64,000 nt of DNA from Toensbergia leucococca (Eukaryota), in NCBI GenBank assembly GCA_022813965.1, contig JALDZS010000021.1:124001-188000 (forward strand), read 5' to 3'. A program made the translations under genes and the position numbers. The stretch's first letter is position 1. Every line of letters starts with the position of its first letter. This document shows positions 38,515 to 50,082 of the stretch, in pieces. The notes below the pieces were generated by a model. That model was given only the letters and a program-made list of their open reading frames with translations, did no database searches and was not told where the DNA came from.

Positions 38515-40180
38515 CTAGAGGCACAAGGCAGGAGGAGGAGGAGGCTGGGACGCAAAAAGCTCAGCCACCCACTCGAGGATATATTTGCGAGCGACAGGCT
38601 CGCCCATGTGTTTGAGGCCTTGGAAGAATCTATTGCCGTGGGGGATAGGATTAGTGCGGTTTTTGACGTTGGGGGGTTAGGGGAGAACTTTGAGAGAGAG
38701 AGAGGGGGCAAGAGAGGGAGGAAAGTTACCGGGCGTCTTTGACCGAGCCGTGTTGTAGCGGGAGCATGCAGTCTTCGATGGGGAAGAGTTCGTCCAGCAT
38801 TCCCTGCCCATGGTCGTTAGTTTGGGATTTGGAAAGTTTTAGAGGGGGGGGTTAAAAGACGTACATTAATGAGCAAGAGTCTGCAGGAAGGTTTGTCGAG
38901 GATTCCATTTTCGAGCAGGGAGAAGCGCTTGCGGGCATCGAGTTTCATATCCTCGACATTGGGGTAGCCGAATTTGAGGGCGAGGACTTGGGCGATACTG
39001 TTCTATCATTAGGCGTACTGGAGCAACTTGGTTTCCTCTGGAAACTGGGAAAATGGCAAAAACCGTACTCAAAAGGATACTCCATCTGCGATGCAATCTC
39101 CAACCACTCTGGATCAAACATGTGATGACAACCGCCTCCCTGCGCCACCACTCCCGTCAACATTCCCTTGTGCGTATGCGCAATCCGCATCGCATAATAA
39201 CCTCCAGCACTCACACCCCACGCGACAACCCGCTTCGAATCCACCCAGTCCTGCCGATGCACCCACTCCAGCACGCTGCTCCACAAGCGATCCGGGCTGG
39301 TGGGATCGTGGGGATCAGCTGGGCAGTCTCCTGTACCGGGTATCTCGACGGCGATGGAGGCCCAGTTGTGGGCGATGTGATGGGAAGAAGGCATGGTATG
39401 TTCAATGCGGTAGGCGTCTAGGCCGTAGATCTGGAGGACGGTGGGGAATTTCTGGGGCTGTGTGTGGGTGGGGAGGCGGACGGTAACGGGGATGGCCGTG
39501 TACATTTCCTTGGTGCCGGGTTTGGCGTGGACGTGCGGGATGAGGTGTTCTGTTAGTGGGTTTTCAAGATATCTATGGGGCTTTAGCGTGGTCCGGACGT
39601 ATATTTGGGTTGGAGACTGGATTCGAGACTTGACATAAAATGGGAGGGGAGGGCTGACTTTGATCCCTTGAAGAAAGCAAGCTTGCTGCGATCCCATGCA
39701 ATCTTTTGCAGTGGCGATTGCGGAGAGGGCTGGCGTGCTGTACGGTATACACAGGCGGCACGTAGAAACAGCTGACATGCCTTTTCGGTATCTCCAGCAG
39801 TCTCCGCTTCTACCGCAAGACGCTCTAGCTTTTCGGCAACGGGAAAAAAGGGCTTGGAGTAAGCATCAAAGTCATAGGGTGGATGGAGATCCGCCTGTCT
39901 CGTATCGTTAGTACTAAGGAAAATGGCTCTTGGATGCAATTGCAATGACGTGCCTCGGAGAAATGAGCAAAGGCTTCTTCCAAGTCCTCTAATTTGCCTT
40001 CCATGAACGGATATATTCCCAGTGAGGCCTGGTGAAAATATTGATTTAGCCTAGCTTTTTAAGCGCTGGTATGCCTTCACCTACACGCTTCTTCCATTTG
40101 AGCTCCCACAAGGCTCTGATAGACTCATGATGAGCGCCCTGTTTAGTAGTGGGTTCTCCAACAAAGTATGGTGGAGACAT
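38515..40180 (-). CDS. ayg1: Ayg1-like polyketide-shortening alpha/beta hydrolase, multi-exon
   Basis: HHESIRALWELKWKK, GIYPFMEG, GLDAYR, EIPGTGDCPADP, RLWSSVLEW, nucleophile WGVSAGGYYA, HHMFDPEWL, EYPF, D-x-LFPIED, HMGEP; stop at 38515-38517. Confidence 0.88.
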
Positions 40181-40328
40181 CCTCAGTGAAGGTTCGAGAC
40201 TCTCAATATCTATATATTTCTATTTCTTGACTGTGGAGAACGTGCTTTCTTAATGTGCGGCTCTTGATAGTGATTTCATTTTGATCACAAGTCCTTTGAC
40301 ATTTATACTTGAGTGGTCATGACATTCC

Positions 40329-40445
40329 TCGTAAACCGACCTCAAACCGCGAGCATCTGAGGCCGGGAAGCTTTTCCCTAGGCTTTCAGTCCAATTGCCA
40401 GGAGCTTTGGGTTATGCAGAGTCTTACTTCCGCTTCGGTGTCCGA
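40329..40445. promoter_or_regulatory. Two AflR-type sites upstream of ayg1-like gene
   Basis: TCGTAAACCGA 40329-40339; TCGGTGTCCGA 40435-40445. Confidence 0.65.
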
Positions 40446-40766
40446 AAGAGACGTAGAGAGTCGGTAGTCTATGCAACGAAATGTGCAGAACAGACGACGT
40501 TCATGCTTCGCGTGGCTGTAAGGTTGAGGTTATATGTAGACCTACCAAGTTTCATTTCGTACCTAATTTTTGCTCTTTCTATCTATATACTAGAAACAAC
40601 CGCGATCCCTGCACAGCTTACTCTCACACTCTGGCGGGCATCCGTCCAAACACTTGCCCTGACTCTGATGAGAATTGCCTTGCTATTTTTAACATCGTGC
40701 TGCAGACTTTGAATTTCTGGAAGCGAATTTATCGCCGCCTCTTCTGGTAGTCGATACGCTGTAAGC

Positions 40767-41987
40767 TCAGTGGTTGAGCATATCGACCATAGTTTTGAGA
40801 GTTCCTCTAAACTTCGACCTGAGAAATTCCTCCAACGCAGAGTAGATGCCTTCATTCCTCTCCTTATCGTCACTTTTACCTGCGCAATATCTCTCTGCAT
40901 ATTTCTCAACCAGTCCCTTTACCTTCCGTAACTCGTTGACTACAAGCTGGATTTTCATCCTCTTTTCGTCTTCAGCGTCCATTCTGAACGCACCAACTGT
41001 AATGGGTGTAGCGAAGGGGTTCTCTGGGCAGGGGGATCCGGATGCAGGCCGGGTGGCAGGCGCTGCCCCAATGATTGCTTCGTAGCATACAAGAATTTTG
41101 TCGCAAATGAGAGCGAGTGTCAAAGCAACATGCGGGTTGAGGGAGCATGGACACGAGAGAAGCGTATAAGTGTTTTTAATCGCAGCCTTGTTGTTTATGA
41201 GGATCTTGTCTATGGATGGAGTGGAGTGCATGTAGTTCCTCGGGACCGAGGTACCACAGACGCTTGGATCCAAGTACAGGCTTTGTAGGGTCGCAGAAGC
41301 CAGACTTGTGCAGTCGTGTAGCTGGGGGGAGAACTGGGATGGAATCAGGGGCGAAGGGAATGAATCCGTAGATGCTCGAAGGCCGCCAGAACTCTGGGCC
41401 TGACTGGACACGCTTAATGAGTCTAAGTCATCGAACATGACTCGATTAGTGAGGTCAAGCTGGGTGGAATGTGGTGTTGCAGAGAGATCCATGAAGTCAA
41501 ATTCCTGATCGAAGATGTTGGCAGACGTCAAAGGAATATCCCCAGTGCTCTGGTTACTCCAGTCTTGTGGGTAAAAGGCGTCTGGCTGTAAACGCATCGA
41601 CAACAGATCCTCAGACTCTAGCAAGTAAGCGTCTAAAGGGGATATGGTCGGATCGGAAGATGTGGATTTCATGGGCGGATCTCCAGACTCCAGGTTCGGC
41701 GACTTGAGCTGTCTTTTTTTTGGTTTTGGTTGGTTGGTTTGTTGTCGTCTCCCCCCGTTTGTCGAGGCTGACTGGTCTCGAGAGACGGCTGGAGGTTTGC
41801 CCATTCGCCGTGAAGGGCTGTAGTTGCACTTGACGCCAAGGTTCAAGCAGCGAAGACATGCTGGCTGGCCTTGATCACACTTGATCTTTGATGCAGAGCA
41901 AGCGTCGCAGGAGCTTCTAAATTTCTGTGTACGAATGCGGTTCGTATTGTTTAGGGTCAAAGATCTTTGGGGCTCATTGGGATCCAT
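40767..41987 (-). CDS. AflR-like Zn(II)2Cys6 cluster-specific transcription factor
   Basis: KFRSSCDACSASKIKCDQGQPACLRCLNLGVKCNYSPSRRMGKP; C-terminal AflR-type region ILINNKAAIKNTYTLLSCPCS...LICDKILVCY...QLVVNEL; ATG at 41987. Confidence 0.9.
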   Translation of the reverse strand: MDPNEPQRSLTLNNTNRIRTQKFRSSCDACSASKIKCDQGQPACLRCLNLGVKCNYSPSRRMGKPPAVSRDQSASTNGGRRQQTNQPKPKKRQLKSPNLESGDPPMKSTSSDPTISPLDAYLLESEDLLSMRLQPDAFYPQDWSNQSTGDIPLTSANIFDQEFDFMDLSATPHSTQLDLTNRVMFDDLDSLSVSSQAQSSGGLRASTDSFPSPLIPSQFSPQLHDCTSLASATLQSLYLDPSVCGTSVPRNYMHSTPSIDKILINNKAAIKNTYTLLSCPCSLNPHVALTLALICDKILVCYEAIIGAAPATRPASGSPCPENPFATPITVGAFRMDAEDEKRMKIQLVVNELRKVKGLVEKYAERYCAGKSDDKERNEGIYSALEEFLRSKFRGTLKTMVDMLNH

Positions 41988-43464
41988 TTCAAAGACCGGC
42001 TTGTTGCTCAACGGAGGCCTTTAGAACACTGGGTGGAGTGATTTTGCCAAGACTAAACGGGTTGTTGCACTCGTACTCAATCTGAAGGAAGGTCTAGTAT
42101 TCATACCTTGTCAAGGAGCGTACAGCCACACCACAAGTCCACACCCACTCTGCTTCTAGGTAATTACGAGTCGCGTCGGATTCGGAGGCACATTTTCGCG
42201 AATATGTCCCAAACAGCTAGATGTACGAGGTTTAAGATGTAAGACGCATTCTGGTTGTGCATGGTTGACTGTACTAGGAATAGGTAATTAGCGAAGCGTT
42301 TCTGAATGGTTGGCTGCCTCATGGCAATGAGAGTGCCTGATGAGACGTGTGCTCAAAGATGGGCTGAGAAATCCGAGTAGATACGGCGTGATAATGGTCA
42401 GCTCTGTATTCGGTCACACAAAGTCTGACTCTGATCACCTAAAGTGTACGGATACCCGAAAGATGAAAGACTTTGCAGCCCCCTATGCTGGTAAGGTTCT
42501 AGCTGATTCGTCCGGATGGATCTGTTCCCAGTTCCCATGGGATACAGACATCTTTGCAGACTGCAGCCCTACAAGCTACAGCAAGGTACGAGGCCAACAG
42601 GCTGACAACGACTTTTACGGCCGTTATCATCCTTAAGGAAGTATCAGTTAGAGCCTCGAGCTTAAGCTAGGTAGCTACCACGCTATCTCGGCTCTCGGCT
42701 ACCTACCTTACTTACCTATCTCTACCTAGCAAGGGTAGCCCGGAAACTAATTTAGTGGTGATGCAACTGGCGCGTCCTCCCACGCCAATAGAATACTACC
42801 TTACCTTACTTGGACTCCCGAGCTTCGGAGGCCTCTAACTCAAGTACGTACCTACCTAATTTCTCCGACTCCTCCTCCAAATGTCCTACATAGCTACTGT
42901 TCCCCCTCATTCATTAAGGCTGAGGCTTTTCGGATGATTGTTTCTCTCCTTCGAAGAACAAGCGCCTTGCGCATACTCACATTCTCGTCCGACATCGATC
43001 TAATGTAGCTTGACTTCACCGCCACCAACAGCCTCATGCGGCATCCGTATTGAGGGAAGCGGGAGATCTGCATGGGCTTAGTTTCAGGTAGGAGCCATGT
43101 ATGAAGGCCGGGTTGTTTAACCTGTCAGGTATGTCGGTGTGAGATTACCTAGACAGCGCTAGAAAGAACATCCATGGATGTGTAACGGTCGTATTAAAGA
43201 ACCGTACTGTCTGAAAGTTGGACAGGAATTGAATTCTGTGATCCTGCGCGCCAAATAGACACCGCCGCAAAGCAATTACCTAGTGCTGATCTTCGTAGAC
43301 TGATCAATCAATACCCTTAATGGTTGCTCAACCAACGCACTTTCAGTCCTTATCGGATACGTACGCCCTCTAATTCATACTTTGAAGCCCAAGATCTATC
43401 ATGTACTCCGATTCTTATTTGGCACTTTTGCTTCATCAAGCTTGGATCGTCGAGCGTAGACAAT

Positions 43465-43942
43465 ATGAAGGCTCGTAGAAGCTGGACCTATGAAGAGAAT
43501 CAGACCTTGTGTGATAAAGCTAAGCTTCAATATAAGGCTGGTCCCTCTTTTATCATTTTGAGGCATGAGGCTGAATTTACATTCATGGGAAGTAAATACA
43601 GGAGTCGTCAGACATTGGAGAATTATCGCATCTAGTCTGCTAGACAGGACCAATAAAGATTGCCGCAAAAGGTCTCTCCGGTGAGAAAGCTACGATGACT
43701 GATTGGCTTAGGCGAAGTAGCTCCTCATTCATTCGTGGTGCCCGCAGTCGCATCCATGAACGTTGAACGATGTAATTGCTCAGCTTAGACTAGAAGAAAG
43801 GGGAATATCTGGAACGGTAAACAGCACACGAACATTGAAGACGACCCTTGTTCTCGACGATGTGACTCCGGAGACGCTGAAGGCGGTGATAACTGGTTTG
43901 TTCATGGCCAAAATCAAAGTCACTATACAGACGAGTCAATGA
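43465..43942 (+). pseudogene. Degenerate Myb-like transcription factor remnant
   Basis: MKARRSWTYEENQTLCDKAKLQ then (next exon) GVVRHWRIIASSLLDRTNKDCRKR, i.e. a Myb repeat; first donor reads ATAAGG instead of GTAAGG; no second or third repeat; a short coding-like tail KTTLVLDDVTPETLKAVITGLFMAKIKVTIQTSQ* ends at 43942. Confidence 0.65.
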
Positions 43943-45457
43943 AGTATGATCAAGGAGTTGAGATTACAGGATAGACGAAAGCAATCCTAAATTACAGAGA
44001 TTTAGAATATTTGAGATACTGTACAAAAAACTCAAGGTCTTAGGTACTAAGGTACATTTGTACCCGTCGAGTCAATCCTTGGTAGTGCAACTGCAGATTA
44101 AAGTTCTGCGACCGCAATGTAATTCATCGCGCTTACTTCAAGTTTGGAGTCAGCTCAGGAGAAAGAATATAGCCGCAGTAATGCAGTATTTTAAGATTCG
44201 TTTGCAAGATGCATGAAATCGTAGCAACTCCACAAAGTCAAATCTATTGATAAAACTGCAATATAGGGTTTGAGTTTAAAGGGTTGTAATGCATGCCTTC
44301 AGCTGGTAACTTGGGAATCGAGCATCCACCAGTGATTGACGGCGTCAGCGGAACTTAGCTGTCACTAACGCTGCAGAACGAATATACACACCTATTTATA
44401 AAGAACCGAGACATGTTTCCCCGCATCTGCAGCGAGTGTGATAGACAGTATTGAGGATGCTGATTCGGGACACCTGTGGGAAATTTATTCGTGCGCAACT
44501 ACGCATTTATTCATACTCGATGAATTAGACTCCAGCGTTTGGATACCTTGAACGGCTCGTGGGAACCTGTAAGGGTCTCTTTTGAGATTCCGAATTCTGG
44601 GTGTAATTAGATGATCGATTGCTATCTAGGTGCGGAGCTACTAGATATACCGTGGCTATGCCAAGCCACTTAGGGTTCTTGGCTCGCCTATCCTCGCCTA
44701 ATCACTCCTAGCCCTAAGGAAGAAAGAAACACCGTAACAGAACCCCTTTCTTGGCCGTCAGAACACAACAAGGTAGTAAGACTACATTTGCAGGATACAA
44801 CTTGCAATATGAATGAGTGCATGCTGAATGAAGCTGCGATTGTATCAAGGCTGACAGAAGCACTGGAGTTTATGATCATCGTGAGGTAGGGCAATGGAGT
44901 GACGGACTTATCTGCTGCGGGGAGAGAAAGAAAAAGGGAAGAGGATCTACCTCGGTACCTGGCGAGCTAGCGTACGGATCAATGATTATCCAAGGCGCCT
45001 GAGATGTGAGGCACGTGCGCACCAATCCTCACATCAAAAACTGCATCGCTACCTGCGAGACTTCTCTGGAGAGTTAAGAAGGACGCTTCTATTTACACCT
45101 TGATCAAATTTGTGGTAATAGAGACCATGGAATCCTTCTTGCTCTATGCAGTATCCATCGCTGGTGATCGAGAAGAAGAGCAAATATACTGCCCACGCGT
45201 CTTGTAGTTTGGCCCATGTCTCAACAACTGGCTTCTTTTACTCTCATTGTTGATATGTGAAGGAGATCTCTGTGCTTCAGAGCCAGTGATTACGAGAGGT
45301 CTCGCGTGTGGCGAGCCATATATATATAATTCAAGATTTCACATCTAACGCGTTTGTACGAAAACTATGCCGGGGAAACGCTCCAAAGTGATCTGCTTTC
45401 AAGAGTAACAAGAAATAAAAATTGCGCAGGGAATACTCCGTGCTAATGTACAAGAAC

Positions 45458-46990
45458 TCAAGAAACCGATCTAACATCCTTGTACAAGGCAGTTTCAAGC
45501 TCCAATAAGCACTTAGTTACCATAGGATCACCAGGCGGCAAGACCTGTGTCATAAGAAGTCCTGCGATGCCGCTTTCAGGGTCGATCCACTATGATCTGT
45601 TAGCATCGCCGGTGTATCAAGGCGTTTTTAGCAGAGCATTCAAGGAACGCTTACAGCATGTACTCCAGGCATACCAGACCAGTTCGCAGAGTTCTTTGAC
45701 CTCCGTCCAGGAAAGTCCTCGAGATTAATCGATGAGCTAAGTCCAAATGTGGCTGTAGCTCCTTCTGGCCATGTCTGGCCTAAGTGTCGCCTGCTCGGAC
45801 CATTGATCACCTCGAGGAAGTATTTATTGTCCTCTAGTTGCGGCTTCATAATCTCATCTACACTGGATCGTTTAAGGATAGATCCGCCCCCACTGACTAC
45901 AAGTTTTAGGATTTTTGCGCAGTCTTCTGGGGTGCTGTACAATCCTACCCCGCCGCAGCAGTCTTTGGCTGGGTTGCCCAAAGGTATCTTTCCGGGACTC
46001 AATACACCAGTCGGACGATCTCTCCATGCCATTTCCATCCGTCGGGCTGGAAAATCAGGTCTGAGTTCGGGGCGAAAAGTCGTGTCCGTCATACCCAGTT
46101 TCGACCAAAGATTTCTTTGCATGAACTCCTCAAGAGTAAGTCCGCTGACTACTTCAACCTAACCACCAACCTGTACGTCAGCCTATTCTTTGAAGATTGA
46201 AAGAGCAATCATACCGTTCGTCCTGCCCAGTCCATACCAGGGCCGTAGGCCCATCCACGGCCAGGCTCGAAGATGAGTGGATGGGTATATCCACCCTGAT
46301 ATGATCAGCAAAATTAGAGCGAGCCTGAAGACAGAAATATCTTACAAAAGAGCCGGTGAAGGTATGATCAGTCCTTCCATTGTACTTGGACCATTCAAGT
46401 AAACCTGGATGGAATTCATCATAAATGAAGCCGCTAGTATGGCTCAACAATTGTCTGTGTGTGTTTTAGCATTAGAACTCCTCGATTTCTGTGAGAGGTC
46501 ACTGATCCATGACTTAACGTACCGCATGGATATTGGATCTGCGACTTCCTTCAAGATTGGAACTCGTTGAAGATTCTCAGATTCCTCAAAGCCGACGAGG
46601 ATTTCGAGATGCTTCAATTCCGGAACGAGTTCTCTGACGTTGGCATCCAAAGTGACTAAGCCTTGCTCAACAGCAATCATGCATGCCACGGTAGTGATAA
46701 TTTTTGTCAAAGATGCTATATAAAGCACCGAGTCTGTCTCGAGGAATGATTCCTTGGTGGTATCAATCGTGCGACTGCCAAATGACTTGGAGTATAAAGT
46801 TTCTCCTAAAGGAAATATATTCAGCTCTCCCTTCCTGCGATCCGTCGTGCTCAACAGGAGCTAGAACGAGAAAACGGTACCCAGAGGTTTACTACATACC
46901 ATGACTATTGACTGCCACAAAGGTGGCTCCCTTTAGAGGATTTGGTTCCTCTGTTGTGTACTTTCTTAGGATCTCGTCAAGTTTATGCAT
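45458..46990 (-). CDS. Beta-lactamase-fold serine hydrolase/acyltransferase (LovD-like), multi-exon
   Basis: IASLTK (SxxK), LLSHTSG, PLIFEPGRGWAYGPGMDWAG (catalytic Tyr), GGVGLYST, WSGMPG, WIDPESGIAG...QVLPPGD; exons join in frame via GT..AG introns. Confidence 0.88.
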
Positions 46991-47141
46991 GGTAAGCTAA
47001 AGAATTGAGGCTAGGCTTGCGTCGTACACTGGACTTGCTTTTCGGATTGTACGATATGGCTGATTTCAAATACTTTGTAAGTAGTAATCAATCTTCCTTG
47101 ATACATAACAACAATCAATTTAGCCGCGATTGCCCTAATAG

Positions 47142-47426
47142 TCGCTCTCCGAGTAGGTAAGCGACAAATTTTCGGATGTCGAATCCCTCGGATTGTCAGC
47201 CTCATCATCAAGAGCGGAGATGAAGCCGCCTCGAAGCCTCGGTCTTCGAAGCCTCCTAGCTCAACCTGATATTCCTAACAATGTAGTCAGCACTGCAGTA
47301 TCAGATCCTACTGTGACATGACTATTCGTCGGGATTCGAGGTTTTTATAACCATGACGCGGTCTGCAACCGGTACTTACACCTAAGATCACACACAATCC
47401 TTGGAATATTTCGCACAGCGAAATAT
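47142..47426. promoter_or_regulatory. Five AflR-type TCG(N5)CGA sites in the divergent LovD-like/monooxygenase promoter
   Basis: TCGCTCTCCGA 47142, TCGGATGTCGA 47172, TCGGTCTTCGA 47239, TCGGGATTCGA 47329, TCGCACAGCGA 47411 (inside palindrome ATATTTCGC-aca-GCGAAATAT, 47406-47426). Confidence 0.8.
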
Positions 47427-47548
47427 CTCTTGAGAAAACCATCTCTCTGCTGAATCGAAATCTCGCCTGCAGAGTACTTCTATTTTCCCCAACTCATACC
47501 AGCTATCCAATTACTCAAATTACTTCACGTCTATTCACACCGTAGATC

Positions 47549-48781
47549 ATGTCACCTTCCCGCGTCGAGACGTCTTCTCGTGTTCTGATTGCCGGCGGAG
47601 GTCTCGGTGGGCTTGCACTTGCTCAAGGTCTCAAGAAAGAAAGCCTCCCCTTTCATGTCTTCGAACAGGACCCTACACCAGATTTTCGCGCACAAGGTTA
47701 TAGGTTAAAAATCAACGGGGAGGGCGCATTGGCCTTAAAGAAAGTTCTAAGCCCCGATCTGTGGACCTTATTCGAAGAAACTTGTGCCGAAAGCGAATCC
47801 GGAGAGACGAACTTCAACGCCATTGACGCCAGTATAACTGCAAGCCGAGCTGGCCCTGGAACTCGAGGTGGTATGAAAATCTATACTGCAGATCGGACTG
47901 TGTTGAGAAACATCCTACTTACGGGGTTGAGAGATGACATCTCGTATGGGAAACAACTGGTGAAATACACTACCACTGAAGACGCAGTCGTTGTCACCTT
48001 TAAAGATGGAAGTACTGAGGAAGGCAAGCTTCTTGTAGGGGCCGACGGTGTACGATCGCCTGTCCGGAAGCAATACCTTCCAAACCACAGACCAGTTGAT
48101 ACCAATGGCAGCTGTATTTATGGCAAGACCCCATTAACAACGGAATTGACGGAGCGTTTCCCAGAACGAGCTGCAAAATGGATGACATTAATATTGGACA
48201 AGACGCCCATGACTCAGACGCTTGACATCGACGAGACTCCGCTTACACTACTCCTCGAGCCAATTCGCTTCAAGGAGAGCGAGCACCGACGCAAGCTGCC
48301 AGTGGATTACATATACTGGGTATTGATCTCTCGCACCGACGTATTCGGCGCCAGTAGCAAAGAACTCTTGCGTCTGAGTGGTTCGGAATCAGCAAAACTG
48401 TCTCTCAAGTTGACGGAAGAATGGGACCCTTCGATCCGAGCATTACTGGAACTACAAGACATTTCTCAGTCCTCAACATTGAGAGTGGGGTCTGCTATAC
48501 CTGAAATCGTACCCTGGGAAGCTTCGGAACGTGTTACGCTACTTGGGGATTCGATCCATGTGATGTCGCCCTGCGGAGGCGTAGGTGCTGTCACTGCTCT
48601 TTGTGATGCTGCTCTACTGTCTGGCATTCTTGGCAACGACGGAATCTCTGCGACAAGCATCGGCAAGTACGAAAAAGAGATGCGGACTTACGCGCAGAAG
48701 GCCATCGAGAGGAGTTATTTTGGCGGAAGGAAGATATTTGGTCAACGACCATTTGCTGAATGCAAGGTACTCGAGTGGTAA
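47549..48781 (+). CDS. FAD-dependent monooxygenase (group A aromatic hydroxylase, CTB7-like)
   Basis: LIAGGGLGGLALAQGL, RAQGYRLKI, LLVGADGVRSPVR, LLGDSIHVMSPCGGVGA; 410-aa single exon. Confidence 0.9.
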   Translation: MSPSRVETSSRVLIAGGGLGGLALAQGLKKESLPFHVFEQDPTPDFRAQGYRLKINGEGALALKKVLSPDLWTLFEETCAESESGETNFNAIDASITASRAGPGTRGGMKIYTADRTVLRNILLTGLRDDISYGKQLVKYTTTEDAVVVTFKDGSTEEGKLLVGADGVRSPVRKQYLPNHRPVDTNGSCIYGKTPLTTELTERFPERAAKWMTLILDKTPMTQTLDIDETPLTLLLEPIRFKESEHRRKLPVDYIYWVLISRTDVFGASSKELLRLSGSESAKLSLKLTEEWDPSIRALLELQDISQSSTLRVGSAIPEIVPWEASERVTLLGDSIHVMSPCGGVGAVTALCDAALLSGILGNDGISATSIGKYEKEMRTYAQKAIERSYFGGRKIFGQRPFAECKVLEW

Positions 48782-49371
48782 GAAGTCATATATCATGATT
48801 GACAGGTTGCCTTGAATCGCCTTGGGGAAGATTTGGAATTGGTCTCCAATGTCAATTAATCGGGTTTGAACTTGGTCCGAAGAGAATGGCTTTCACGGAG
48901 CTTTCAGATGTGCAATTGAACGCTCAGTCCTATGGATTAGCAAGCGCACGAAGATAGAGTTTTCCTTCATATCGAACATTTCAACCACTGAAATACTCTG
49001 TAGTATTCAAAATGACGAGTCTACTCATGGTCTGAGCTACGAGATATTTAATCAATACCAAGTTGAAATTACACGGCTTTTTGAATTGCGGGAACTGCTT
49101 TTGCTATACCCACCGTTTGTCTCGGATTTTTGTGTTGGAGACCACTTGCTTCCCTAAAAGGTACGGCCAATGAACTATGTAGGCGATTGAGACGTCGACA
49201 TTGTAATGATATATGTGCTATACTACAATAATACCCTGCATAAGTCTTGGTGGGAAGTCGCGACAGCGAGAAGTGACGACTTTCAGTCATTGCTTACATG
49301 CCACGAAGAAAGTCAAGTGGGTAAGCACAATTTGGTCGGTCAGAGAGAGGTTGTGTTCTCAGCGGTGAGAT

Positions 49372-49389
49372 TCGAGTTTCGGAACCCGA
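49372..49389. promoter_or_regulatory. Overlapping AflR-type sites upstream of EthD gene
   Basis: TCGAGTTTCGG 49372-49382 and TCGGAACCCGA 49379-49389. Confidence 0.65.
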
Positions 49390-49559
49390 AGATTGGTCCC
49401 AATTGGTCTGTCAGCCATAGGAGAGACATATGAGCCCAGGATGATATAGAATCCATTTCGTCGTTGTCATTCGAAGACTTTGACTTGCCAGGATACTTGA
49501 TATACAATTTTGCTATCAGCACAAGCATTCGATCCGAAGGGACTCCATATCAGAGAATC

Positions 49560-50082
49560 ATGCAAGAAAAACCGCAGCCACTTCTTTGCTGGACAGTATG
49601 CGCGTACCGTAAGCCAGGAATGAGCGAGGAAGATTACCACAAGTATATGACAGAAGTTCACGGGCCCATGGTGAAGGATTTGATGGTTCGCTATGGCATG
49701 ATCAGGTGGTCCATGGTACACTTCTTGCTCACCTTGATTTTTCTTCCCATCTGACCAATGGTACTTTAGTCGCACAACACAACCCATACGCGCTCGTTGA
49801 TGACGCAGCTCATGGGACCACAATTCTCCAACCTTGCAGACTATGATTGCATCGTTACAGCCGTCTTTCGAAACATTGAGGACTTTGTCAAGATGAAAGC
49901 AGACCCTTACTACAAGGAGAAAGTAATGCCTGACCACGAAAACTTTGCTGACACCAAGAGGTCCAAGTATGAAGATGCAATCTCTCAGAATGTTAGTCTG
50001 CTAATAAAGTGCTTGCAGAATGACTGTTGGTTGGATCGAGGATCATGTACGCGACGGAAAGGTTGCTGATGCTGGACAGTAG
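49560..50082 (+). CDS. EthD-domain dehydratase/decarboxylase (AurZ/CTB10-like), 3 exons
   Basis: [29 protein letters not shown]...|SHNT...[59 protein letters not shown]; stop 50080-50082. Confidence 0.88.

Noticed and set aside
43950..45450. Additional gene or transposon in the long spacer before the LovD-like gene
   Set aside because: No convincing ORF, transposase/RT motif, LTR or terminal repeat recognised
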